Positions 9,287 to 17,385 of a stretch of DNA of 24,530 bases are shown piece after piece. How positions within the stretch are numbered: the stretch's first letter is position 1; every line of letters starts with the position of its first letter. Position numbers and translations under genes: made by a program. The DNA lies in contig JBHHXN010000072.1 in NCBI GenBank assembly GCA_046757025.1, forward strand, positions 1 through 24,530, written 5' to 3'. Under the pieces are notes generated by a model. The model was not told the origin of the DNA. It saw nothing but the letters and a program-made list of their open reading frames with translations, and did not search any database. The DNA comes from a bacterium (lineage in GTDB: Bacteria > Zhuqueibacterota > Zhuqueibacteria > Oceanimicrobiales > Oceanimicrobiaceae).

Positions 9287-9346
9287 TTCATGGTTCGACT
9301 CCGCTCACCATGAAGAAGTTAGCTTCACCTGGAGCAGTCGAGGGGT
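9287..9346. repeat. REP-like TTCGAC...GCTC hairpin plus degenerate inverted partner
   Basis: ttcatggt-tcgactccgctc-accatgaa (8-bp stem, 9287-9314). gagcagtcga (9332-9341) is the revcomp of tcgactccgctc with a 2-nt deletion. Confidence 0.6.
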
Positions 9347-9383
9347 GCCGACTGATTTATCTCGACTTTCCAGCCAGACTTCC

Positions 9384-9515
9384 GGGCGTTTGTATAAAGC
9401 CGCGTTCATGAACAAAATCAACGAAGCCCTGGGAGAAGCCTGGCAGCACATCGGCGCCATGCTGAACAAAATGATCCAACGAGCAGATAGTTTTTGTCAA
9501 ACTAATATTAAATAG
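9384..9515 (+). pseudogene. Four-helix-bundle protein (TIGR02436 / 23S rRNA IVP-like) C-terminal remnant with internal deletion
   Basis: GRLYKAAFMNKINEALGEA|WQHIGAMLNKMIQRADSFC follows the family pattern RRY.AAF..KL..A.GEA...I..ML.KMI. The N-terminus and the ETQxWL segment are missing. Confidence 0.7.
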
Positions 9516-9525
9516 GGAAAATTAA

Positions 9526-10194
9526 GTGGCATTCATAAAAATCAATTTTCGATTTTCCATCTTCCATCATCTATCTTCTATCTTCAATCTTTTTATTTAT
9601 TTGAAAAATATTCGAAGATGGACAAACTATAAAATTATTTTATTAGCAGTCACAATAATCAACACAACCGCCTGCCGGCAGGACATGCACGATCAGCCCA
9701 AATTACAGCCGTTGGAAGCCAGTGATTTTTTCAAGGACGGCCGGGCTTCCCGGTCGCTGATCGAGGGCACCGTGGCACGCGGCCATTTAAACAATGACCC
9801 ACATTTATATCAGGGGAGAGTTGACGGAGAGCTGGTCTGGACGTTTCCTTTCCCGATCACCAAAGAAGTTTTGCGGCGCGGCGAAGAACGCTACAACATT
9901 TTCTGTTCGCCCTGCCACGATCAGCTTGGATATGGACGGGGAATGATTGTCCAGCGCGGTTTTCGACAGCCGCCCTCGTTTCACATCGACCGGCTGCGCA
10001 ATGCGCCAGCCGGACATCTTTTTGACGTCATCTCCAACGGTCTGGGCGCCATGTTTGATTATGCTGAACGCATTCCGGTCCACGACCGCTGGGCCATCGT
10101 GGCGTATATTCGCGTGCTGCAGTTGAGTCAAAACGCCACCATGGACGATGTGCCAGAAGAATTGCGACAACCGTTAATGGAAAACAATAAATGA
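9526..10194 (+). CDS. actE: Alternative complex III monoheme cytochrome c lipoprotein
   Basis: AC-RQDMHDQPK lipoprotein N-terminus, GTVARG, a single CSPCH, DRWAIVAYIRVLQLSQ. Start is uncertain: GTG 9526 (agggaa upstream) or TTG 9601. Confidence 0.92.
   Translation: MAFIKINFRFSIFHHLSSIFNLFIYLKNIRRWTNYKIILLAVTIINTTACRQDMHDQPKLQPLEASDFFKDGRASRSLIEGTVARGHLNNDPHLYQGRVDGELVWTFPFPITKEVLRRGEERYNIFCSPCHDQLGYGRGMIVQRGFRQPPSFHIDRLRNAPAGHLFDVISNGLGAMFDYAERIPVHDRWAIVAYIRVLQLSQNATMDDVPEELRQPLMENNK
9544..9592 (-). repeat. Heptamer tandem array (x7), right arm, inverted relative to 8919-8960
   Basis: aattttc gattttc catcttc catcatc tatcttc tatcttc aatcttt; revcomp units are gaaaatt, gaaaatc, gaagata and similar. 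Confidence 0.85.
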
Positions 10195-11363
10195 ACGATT
10201 TTGAGTCCACCAAACCGGTATTGAGTCAAGTCCAGCTCCGCGTCTTTATTTTCGGACTGGCGGGAATGGCCATTTGTGCTGCGGGCGCCTTTTACAATGC
10301 CGAGCAGTTTTTTCAATCCTACCTGCTGGGCTACGTCTTCTGGATCGGCATCGCACTCGGCAGCCTGGCTCTGCTGGCTTTACACCACCTTGTGGGCGGC
10401 GGCTGGGGATTCTCCATTCAGCGCGTTTTAGAAGCTGGCACACGTACTCTGCCCTTATTTGTGCTGCTATTTTTGCCGTTGCTTTTCAATATGCCGAAAC
10501 TCTACATTTGGGCGCAGCCGGAAAAGGTTGCCATGGACACCGTGCTGCAGCACAAAAGCGTTTATCTCAATGTACCCTTTTTCGGTGTACGGACCGGCAT
10601 TTATTTTGTCATCTGGGGAATTTTAATCTATTTATTGAACAAGTGGTCGCTGGCACTGGATCGAGCAAAGAACGCGCCTCTGCTCAGCCGCATTCAAAAA
10701 ATCTGCGGACCCGCCATCCTGCTGTACGTGCTCACGGTGACCTTTTCATCCATCGACTGGGTGATGTCGCTGGATCCGCACTGGTTTTCCACGATTTTCG
10801 GATTCGTGTTCGTCATCGGTCAGGCGCTGCTCACCCTGGCTTTTGCCATCATCTGGACGGGCAAACTCGCTAAATTCAGTCCTCTGGCGGAAGTCATTCA
10901 AAAGAAACATTTTCATGATCTGGGCAATTTGCTGCTGGCGTTCGTCATGCTCTGGGCCTACATCTCGCTGTCACAATTTCTCATCATCTGGTCTGGTAAT
11001 TTGCCGGAAGAGATCCCCTGGTATCTGCATCGTTTGCACGGCGGCTGGCAGTGGCTGGCTTTTGCGGTGGTGATTTTTCATTTCACTCTGCCGTTTGTGG
11101 TGCTGCTATCCCGGCGCAGTAAACGCCGGGTGGAAATTCTCACCCGGGTAGCATACCTGATTATCATCATGCGCCTGTTGGATTTGTTCTGGTTCGTGGC
11201 GCCTAATTTTCATGCAGAAAATATCCGCGTACATTGGCTGAACATTCTGGTTCCGCTGGCCATGGGCGGCGTATGGTTGGCCTTTTTTATCCAGCAACTC
11301 AAAACAAGGGCGCTGTTGCCCCTGCACGATCCCCGAATGAAAGAGGCATTTCATCATGAGTGA
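10191..11363 (+). CDS. actF: Alternative complex III membrane subunit ActF
   Basis: Polytopic; HHLVGGGWG, YLNVPFF, DWVMSLDPHWFSTIFG, HFHDLGNLL, SQFLIIWSGNLPEE. ATGA overlap with actE. Confidence 0.93.
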   Translation: MNDFESTKPVLSQVQLRVFIFGLAGMAICAAGAFYNAEQFFQSYLLGYVFWIGIALGSLALLALHHLVGGGWGFSIQRVLEAGTRTLPLFVLLFLPLLFNMPKLYIWAQPEKVAMDTVLQHKSVYLNVPFFGVRTGIYFVIWGILIYLLNKWSLALDRAKNAPLLSRIQKICGPAILLYVLTVTFSSIDWVMSLDPHWFSTIFGFVFVIGQALLTLAFAIIWTGKLAKFSPLAEVIQKKHFHDLGNLLLAFVMLWAYISLSQFLIIWSGNLPEEIPWYLHRLHGGWQWLAFAVVIFHFTLPFVVLLSRRSKRRVEILTRVAYLIIIMRLLDLFWFVAPNFHAENIRVHWLNILVPLAMGGVWLAFFIQQLKTRALLPLHDPRMKEAFHHE

Positions 11364-11787
11364 GAAGAAAAGAGAAGCCGTGAAAAAAAATCATTCTAAC
11401 TACGAACGCAGCGATGCAAAAATCCGTGCCATCACTTGGTCGGGAATAAGCTTGCTCGCGCTGATCTTTCTCATTTTTGTTGTCATATTTGGGGTGTTTC
11501 ATTTACTCAAAGAGAAGAGACAAAAATCCTTGCCCGTTCCATCGCCGCTGGCCGGTGCAAAGCAGCAGAAAGTCATCGAGTCACAGTTGTTGGTGCAACC
11601 GGCCATGGAGCTGGTAAAATTTCGGGCGCTGCAAGACTCCTTGAAATCCCATTATGGTTGGGTGGTGAAAGAAGCCGGCGTGGTGCGCATCCCTGTCGAT
11701 CGTGCGATGGAGCTCATGCTGCAGCGCGGTTTACCCGTGCGGCAAAATTTGTCAGTACAACCTCATGGGGAAGAAAGAATAAAATGA
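11356..11787 (+). CDS. actG: ActG-like single-TM subunit
   Basis: YERSD, one TM helix, YGWV...GVVRIPVDRAMELMLQRGLP. Position after actF. Confidence 0.75.
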   Translation: MSEKKREAVKKNHSNYERSDAKIRAITWSGISLLALIFLIFVVIFGVFHLLKEKRQKSLPVPSPLAGAKQQKVIESQLLVQPAMELVKFRALQDSLKSHYGWVVKEAGVVRIPVDRAMELMLQRGLPVRQNLSVQPHGEERIK

Positions 11788-11912
11788 GTTTGTCTGTCCA
11801 GTTAACTCGGAAACCGGTAGTTCTGAGAAGTTCTGTGACAAGGCGCAGAATGACAATAAAATTAAAATTTACCGGATAAAATGGAGAATCCTAAACAGTG
11901 AGGATTTATGCC

Positions 11913-12776
11913 ATGAAAAAAAAGAATTGTTTTCACCATTTTTTAAACGCATACGCGATTTTACTGCTGGTCGCGGTAGCCTGCCTGTGGACCCCGGCGG
12001 CTTCTCTTCTGGCGCAGGAAATCAAAGCCAGTCAGCAAATCGATGTGTTGGAAGAAGTGGGAATCGACCAAAAACTCAACGAGCAAATTCCTTTGAATTG
12101 GTTTTTCACCGACGCCGGCGGGCGTTCCGTGCAATTGCAGGAATATTTCAATGAAAAACCCGTGATCCTGGCTTTTGTCTATTATGAATGCCCCATGCTT
12201 TGCACCATGGTGCTCAACGGCTTGCTGCAAAGCATCAACACATTGAATTTTAACGTGGGCAGTCATTATGAGATCGTTACCGTCAGTTTCGATCCAGGAG
12301 AAACGCCCAAATTGGCGGCAGGGAAAAAAACCACTTATGTGAACAAATATGGCCGACGGGGCGCTGCAGATGGTTGGCATTTTCTCACCGGCGATGAAGC
12401 CGCCATCAAGGCGTTGACTCAGGCTGCGGGTTTCAAATACAAATACGATCCCGAAACCGACCAGTATATTCATGCCAGCGGGGTGATGGTGCTGACGCCG
12501 GAGGGCCGGCTTTCGCGTTATTTTTACGGTGTGGAATACTCCGCCCGCGATCTCAAGCTGGCGCTCATGGAAGCTTCAAAAAACAAAATCGGGTCGGCTG
12601 TCGATCAAATTTTGCTGTACTGCTATCACTACGATCCCACAACAGGAAAATACGGAGTGGCCATCATGCGCATCATTCGCGTGCTGGGCAGCGCCACCGT
12701 GATCATCATAGTAGCATTTATGCTCATCATGTTTCGCCGCGACAGGCGGGCAAAACGAGCCGCCATAACACATTAA
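11913..12776 (+). CDS. SCO1/SenC family copper chaperone
   Basis: Signal peptide, VGIDQKL, YYECPMLC (CxxxC), YIHASG, YCYHYDP and a C-terminal TM helix. ATG 11913 follows gagg; alternative GTG at 11898. Confidence 0.92.
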   Translation: MKKKNCFHHFLNAYAILLLVAVACLWTPAASLLAQEIKASQQIDVLEEVGIDQKLNEQIPLNWFFTDAGGRSVQLQEYFNEKPVILAFVYYECPMLCTMVLNGLLQSINTLNFNVGSHYEIVTVSFDPGETPKLAAGKKTTYVNKYGRRGAADGWHFLTGDEAAIKALTQAAGFKYKYDPETDQYIHASGVMVLTPEGRLSRYFYGVEYSARDLKLALMEASKNKIGSAVDQILLYCYHYDPTTGKYGVAIMRIIRVLGSATVIIIVAFMLIMFRRDRRAKRAAITH

Positions 12777-12792
12777 ATTTTGAGATTTCATC

Positions 12793-13737
12793 ATGGACAA
12801 AGGATTTAAATTATTACCGGAGCAAGCTTCCACCCTGGCAGGAAAAATCGATCTTCTCTATTTTTTTCTGGTGCTGGTGAGCCTCTTTTTTGCGGCGCTG
12901 ATATTTTTTCTCATCTATATTTTCGTGGTAAAATATCGCCGGCGTTCGGAAGACGAAGTCCCCAAAGAATTACCCGGACTGTTGAAACTGGAGCTGCTCT
13001 GGACCATCATCCCGCTGATTCTGGTGCTAGTGGTATTTGCCTGGGGCGCCTCGTTGTATTTTACCAGCTACTCGCCACCCGAAGATGTGCTGGAAATTTT
13101 TGTGGTGGGCAAACAATGGATGTGGTATGTGCAGCATCCCACTGGCCAGCGCGAAATTAATGAATTGCACGTTCCCATAGACCGAGCCGTGAAGTTGACC
13201 ATGGCCACCGAAGACGTCATCCACAGCTTTTACATTCCGGCATTTAGAATCAAAAAAGACGTGGTGCCGGGAAGATACACCACCATGTGGTTCGAAGCTA
13301 CCAAACCCGGCGAGTATCATTTGTTTTGTGCTGAATATTGCGGCACCAAACACTCTGAAATGAGAGGTCGGGTGGTGGTGATGGAACCCAATGATTACCA
13401 GAACTGGCTGAGCGGTGGGGCTGGCACGGAACCGATGAAAGTTTCGGGTGAGAAAAAATTTCAACAACTGGCCTGCCACACCTGTCACAAAGAGGTGCCC
13501 GGCGCCCGCGGCCCCTCGCTGGTCGGCATATTCGGACAGCCCGTGCTGCTGGAAAGCGGGCAAACAATGCTGGTTAACGAAGATTACATTCGAGAGTCCA
13601 TTCTCACCCCGAATGCCAAGATCAAAGCGGGCTTCAAACCGGTCATGCCGACTTTCAAAGGCCAGATCGACGAAATCAGCTTGCTGCAGATTACGGCTTA
13701 TATTAAATCTTTATCAAAAGATAGGAGCAATGATTGA
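12793..13737 (+). CDS. coxB: Cytochrome c oxidase subunit II with fused cytochrome c (caa3 type)
   Basis: Two TM helices, [20 protein letters not shown], CuA motif [12 protein letters not shown] and C-terminal CHTCH...MP. Confidence 0.96.
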   Translation: MDKGFKLLPEQASTLAGKIDLLYFFLVLVSLFFAALIFFLIYIFVVKYRRRSEDEVPKELPGLLKLELLWTIIPLILVLVVFAWGASLYFTSYSPPEDVLEIFVVGKQWMWYVQHPTGQREINELHVPIDRAVKLTMATEDVIHSFYIPAFRIKKDVVPGRYTTMWFEATKPGEYHLFCAEYCGTKHSEMRGRVVVMEPNDYQNWLSGGAGTEPMKVSGEKKFQQLACHTCHKEVPGARGPSLVGIFGQPVLLESGQTMLVNEDYIRESILTPNAKIKAGFKPVMPTFKGQIDEISLLQITAYIKSLSKDRSND

Positions 13738-15410
13738 TGAGCACCGCCGTTTTTAAACATCGCAGTTCCCAGTTGTCTGATGATCAAAATGGCTCTGAAA
13801 GAAATTACCTGAACGCCGGTTTCAGCGCCAAATCGTGGCTGCTAACCGTGGATCACAAGCGCATCGCCATTTTATATCTCATCGCCATCACGCTGTTTTT
13901 CTTTTTAGGCGGGATGTTTGCAGTGCTGATTCGGCTAGAGCTGCTCACACCGCAGGGCGATCTCATGCAGTCGGAAACCTACAACAAAATGTTTACCATG
14001 CACGGCATCATCATGATCTTCTTTTTTCTGATCCCGTCGATTCCGGCTGTGCTCGGAAACTTTCTCATTCCACTCATGATCGGCGCCCGCGACCTGGCGT
14101 TTCCGCGCATCAATCTGTTGAGCTGGTACGTTTACGTGGTTGGCGGCCTGTTTACGTTTGCCGCCATCGTCTTCGGTGGGGTGGATACCGGCTGGACGTT
14201 TTATACGCCCTACAGCAGCACGTACGCCAACACCAATGTGATTCTGGCGGCCATCGGTGTGTTTGTCACCGGTTTTTCGTCGATTTTAACTGGATTGAAT
14301 TTTCTGGTTACCATCCACAAAATGCGTGCTCCCGGGCTGACCTGGTTTCGACTGCCGCTGTTTGTGTGGGCGCATTATGCCACCAGCATCATTCAAATTT
14401 TGGGCACCCCGGTCGTGGCCATCGCCATCGTGCTGGTGGGCCTGGAAAGGCTGTTTCAGATCGGCATCTTCGATCCCAACCTGGGCGGCGATCCGCTGTT
14501 GTTTCAGCACCTGTTCTGGTTCTACTCACACCCGGCCGTGTATATCATGATTTTGCCGGGCATGGGCGTGATCAGCGAGATCATCACCTGCTTTGCAAAA
14601 AAGAAAATTTTTGGTTATCAATTCATCGCCTTCTCCAGCATCGCCATCGCGGTTATGGGCTTTTTAGTCTGGGGACACCACATGTTCACCAGCGGCCAAT
14701 CCATGTATGCCAGTCTGGTGTTTTCGATTTTGACGTTTCTGGTTGCAATTCCTTCGGCCATCAAAGTCTTCAACTGGACCGCCACGCTTTACAAAGGCTC
14801 GGTTTCTTATGAAGCGCCCATGCTGTACGCCCTCGGTTTTATCGGCTTGTTCACCGTGGGCGGGTTGACCGGCATTTTCCTCGGCACCCTGGCGGTGGAT
14901 GTACACGTACACGACACCTACTTTGTGGTGGCGCATTTTCATTACATCATGGTGGGCGGCGCCATCATGGCTTACTTGAGCGGCATTCATTTCTGGTGGC
15001 CGAAAATGACCGGCCGCCTCTATCCGGAAGGCTGGGCGCGTTTTTCCGCGCTGGTCATTTTCATCGGCTTCCACCTGACCTTTTTCCCGCAGTTCATCGT
15101 GGGCTACCTCGGCATGCCGCGGCGCTATCATGCTTATCCAGAAGAATTTCAAATCCTGAATGTGCTCTCCTCGGCTGGCGCCACCATACTCGGGGTGGGT
15201 TATTTGATCCCGTTGATATATTTTATCTGGTCCCTGCGCTACGGCAAAAAAGCCAGCGCCAATCCCTGGAACGCCAAAGGTCTGGAATGGGAACGGGTGC
15301 CTTCCCCGCCTACAACGCATAATTACGAAAACATACCGGTGGTGACGGAAGAAGCTTATGAATATACTGCACAGCAGTCGAAGGAAGTTTTACAAAATGA
15401 AAAAATCTAA
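13737..15410 (+). CDS. coxA: Cytochrome c oxidase subunit I (A2 type)
   Basis: [24 protein letters not shown] (YS motif of A2 enzymes), [26 protein letters not shown] aggag at 13723-13727. Confidence 0.97.
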   Translation: MSTAVFKHRSSQLSDDQNGSERNYLNAGFSAKSWLLTVDHKRIAILYLIAITLFFFLGGMFAVLIRLELLTPQGDLMQSETYNKMFTMHGIIMIFFFLIPSIPAVLGNFLIPLMIGARDLAFPRINLLSWYVYVVGGLFTFAAIVFGGVDTGWTFYTPYSSTYANTNVILAAIGVFVTGFSSILTGLNFLVTIHKMRAPGLTWFRLPLFVWAHYATSIIQILGTPVVAIAIVLVGLERLFQIGIFDPNLGGDPLLFQHLFWFYSHPAVYIMILPGMGVISEIITCFAKKKIFGYQFIAFSSIAIAVMGFLVWGHHMFTSGQSMYASLVFSILTFLVAIPSAIKVFNWTATLYKGSVSYEAPMLYALGFIGLFTVGGLTGIFLGTLAVDVHVHDTYFVVAHFHYIMVGGAIMAYLSGIHFWWPKMTGRLYPEGWARFSALVIFIGFHLTFFPQFIVGYLGMPRRYHAYPEEFQILNVLSSAGATILGVGYLIPLIYFIWSLRYGKKASANPWNAKGLEWERVPSPPTTHNYENIPVVTEEAYEYTAQQSKEVLQNEKI

Positions 15411-15448
15411 TTTAGCCATACAATTCTTAATTGACATCGCAGCCATTA

Positions 15449-15555
15449 GTCATTGCGAGTCCCGCGTTTTTTGCGAGACGAAGCCATCTCTTAACTTTCA
15501 TAAAATCAGGGGATTGCCTCGTCATCCCGCTTTTGGCGGGATTCCTCGCAATGAC
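15449..15555. repeat. Complete REP/RPE-like palindromic element GTCATTGCGAG...CTCGCAATGAC
   Basis: Perfect 11-bp terminal inverted repeat. Internal gaagccatctc / ggggattgcctc pair and side hairpins tcccgc..gcgaga and atcccgc-ttttg-gcgggat. Confidence 0.9.
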
Positions 15556-15625
15556 AATTTAATTGGTAAACTAATTTCCAAATCAAGACACTAGTTTATA
15601 AAACTGAAATTAACGGAGAGTAAAC

Positions 15626-16270
15626 TTGTCTGAAAAACCCGGCGCATTAGCCCATCATTTTGAAGATATGGAGCAGCAATTCGAAGCCTCCACACTGGGT
15701 ATGTGGGCGTTTTTGGTAACGGAAATTTTGTTTTTCGGCGGCTTGTTTGCGGGTTATCTGGTGTACCGCACCAAGTATCCACAGGCGTTTGATCTGGGCA
15801 GCCACGAGCTGGACATCGTTCTGGGCGCCATCAACACCGCCGTGCTGATTCTCAGCAGCCTGACCATGGCGTTAGCCGTGCACTGGGGGCAAAAAGGCCA
15901 GAGCAAAAGAATCGTGCTGTTTCTCATTTTCACCATGATTTTAGGCGCGACCTTTCTCGGCATCAAGGCCGTGGAATATGCGCACAAAGCCCACGAACAT
16001 CTGGTACCCAGCACCGGCTTCCTTTTCGAGGGAGCGCACGCGGATCAGGTGCGCATTTTCTTCTCCTTCTATTTTGCCATGACCGGCATGCACGCCTTTC
16101 ACATGATCATCGGTCTGGGGCTGCTGGCTTACCTGGTAATTCAAGCATGGAAAGGCAAGTACACCGCCAAATACAACACCCCCATCGACTTAATTGGACT
16201 TTACTGGCATTTTGTGGATATTGTCTGGATTTTTCTGTTTCCACTGCTTTATTTAATAGGAAGAAATTAA
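15626..16270 (+). CDS. coxC: Cytochrome c oxidase subunit III
   Basis: GMWAFLVTEILFFGGLF, NTAVLILSS, TGMHAFH, GLYWHFVDIVWIFLFPLLY. TTG start after ggagag. Confidence 0.95.
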   Translation: MSEKPGALAHHFEDMEQQFEASTLGMWAFLVTEILFFGGLFAGYLVYRTKYPQAFDLGSHELDIVLGAINTAVLILSSLTMALAVHWGQKGQSKRIVLFLIFTMILGATFLGIKAVEYAHKAHEHLVPSTGFLFEGAHADQVRIFFSFYFAMTGMHAFHMIIGLGLLAYLVIQAWKGKYTAKYNTPIDLIGLYWHFVDIVWIFLFPLLYLIGRN

Positions 16271-16272
16271 AA

Positions 16273-16575
16273 ATGTCACAACATATCGTACCGCAAAGAG
16301 TCTATTTTCTGATCTTTTTTATCTTGATCGTTTTAACCGCCATGACGGTGTGGGTGGCGTTTCTGGATTTAGGCCCCATCAACGACGTGCTGGCGCTGTC
16401 CATCGCCAGCGTCAAAGCCATGCTGGTGATCCTCTATTTCATGCACGTACGCTACAGCAGCAAGCTCATCGGAATTTTCGTGGGCGCGGGCTTTTTGTTT
16501 TTGCTGATTCTGCTGGTGTTTACCATGAGCGATATCCTGACACGGGGCTGGGGGACGCCGGCGGTGGGATGGTAG
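16273..16575 (+). CDS. coxD: Cytochrome c oxidase subunit IV (COX4_pro family)
   Basis: ATG 2 nt after the coxC stop; three TM helices; IASVKAMLVILYFMHVRY. Confidence 0.92.
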   Translation: MSQHIVPQRVYFLIFFILIVLTAMTVWVAFLDLGPINDVLALSIASVKAMLVILYFMHVRYSSKLIGIFVGAGFLFLLILLVFTMSDILTRGWGTPAVGW

Positions 16576-16598
16576 AAGTAGATTCAAACCGTCTACTT
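16576..16598 (+). terminator. Weak hairpin after coxD
   Basis: aagtaga-ttcaaaccg-tctactt followed by an AT-rich run; poor U-tract. Confidence 0.25.
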
Positions 16599-16645
16599 TA
16601 ATTTAACCTTATTTTTTCTCCATTCACCTGCAAGAAAAGCTCTAA

Positions 16646-17008
16646 TCAATCATCATTTTGTGGATGGAATCCAATTCGTCTTTTTGTTTTGGCATCCGGC
16701 GCCATGAGCTGTCGAATGGCTTCAAACACAACCCGGAACTGTTTATCGTATTTTTTCTCCAGCTCATCGAGCCTGCGAGCCAAATCTTTATGAGAGGTGA
16801 GCATTTGACGCAGGCGCACAAAAGCTCGCATGATTTGGCAGTTGACCCGAATAGCTTGTTCACTCCTCAACACACTCGAAAGCATGGCCACACCCTGCTC
16901 GGTAAACACCCAGGGCAGCTTGCGCCGGCCGCCTCTACCAGTTTTTGATATCACAGTTTGTGATATCAAAGCCTCGAACTTTTTCAGGGGGAGCTAAAAC
17001 ATGAACTT
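16646..17008 (-). pseudogene. ORF6N (KilA-N-like) domain protein, 5'-truncated with a nonsense codon
   Basis: In-frame reading [66 protein letters not shown]...KRRIGF. TAG sits where the family has FMFQL, and the N-terminus is absent. Confidence 0.85.
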
Positions 17009-17385
17009 TTTGGAGAAGAGGTCACAAATTGTGACCGGTTTCACTTGAATCTTCAAAAACGATTACCTAAATTGCTTATTGATATTTCGAAATTCAAATT
17101 GTCGATTCTCAAAAATTAGAATAATCTTGTGGCAATTTCCTAAATATGAGAATTTCTCAGTTTGTTTAAAGGAAGAATTCACTGTAAAAAATACCAAGCT
17201 GCTTAAAATCAACTATTTAAGTCTGGTCTAAATTGAAATTGTTGAATGAACCCTGGCATTAAATTTGTTTATATAAATGCGCGTTCAATCAAGCTTCTTC
17301 GCTAAATTTCAACAAAGTTAACTGCCGTAGCCAAATTGGCATTCCTTGAAAACGCAATCGCAAAAATTGAGGAGAAGAAAATATC

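Noticed and set aside
9243..9515. 90-aa ORF as an intact gene
   Set aside because: Chimeric: the N-terminal half is translated palindromic repeat, and only 9384-9515 looks protein-derived.
8912..9604. tttatttga direct repeat (8912-8920, 9596-9604) as a target-site duplication
   Set aside because: Low-complexity AT sequence, and removing the interval does not put GTG 8907 in frame with actE.
16147..16272. N-terminal extension of CoxD in the ORF track
   Set aside because: It overlaps coxC; ATG 16273 gives the normal size.
16944..17036. CRP/FNR sites
   Set aside because: The half-sites are in TCACA-N3-TGTGA order, not TGTGA-N6-TCACA.
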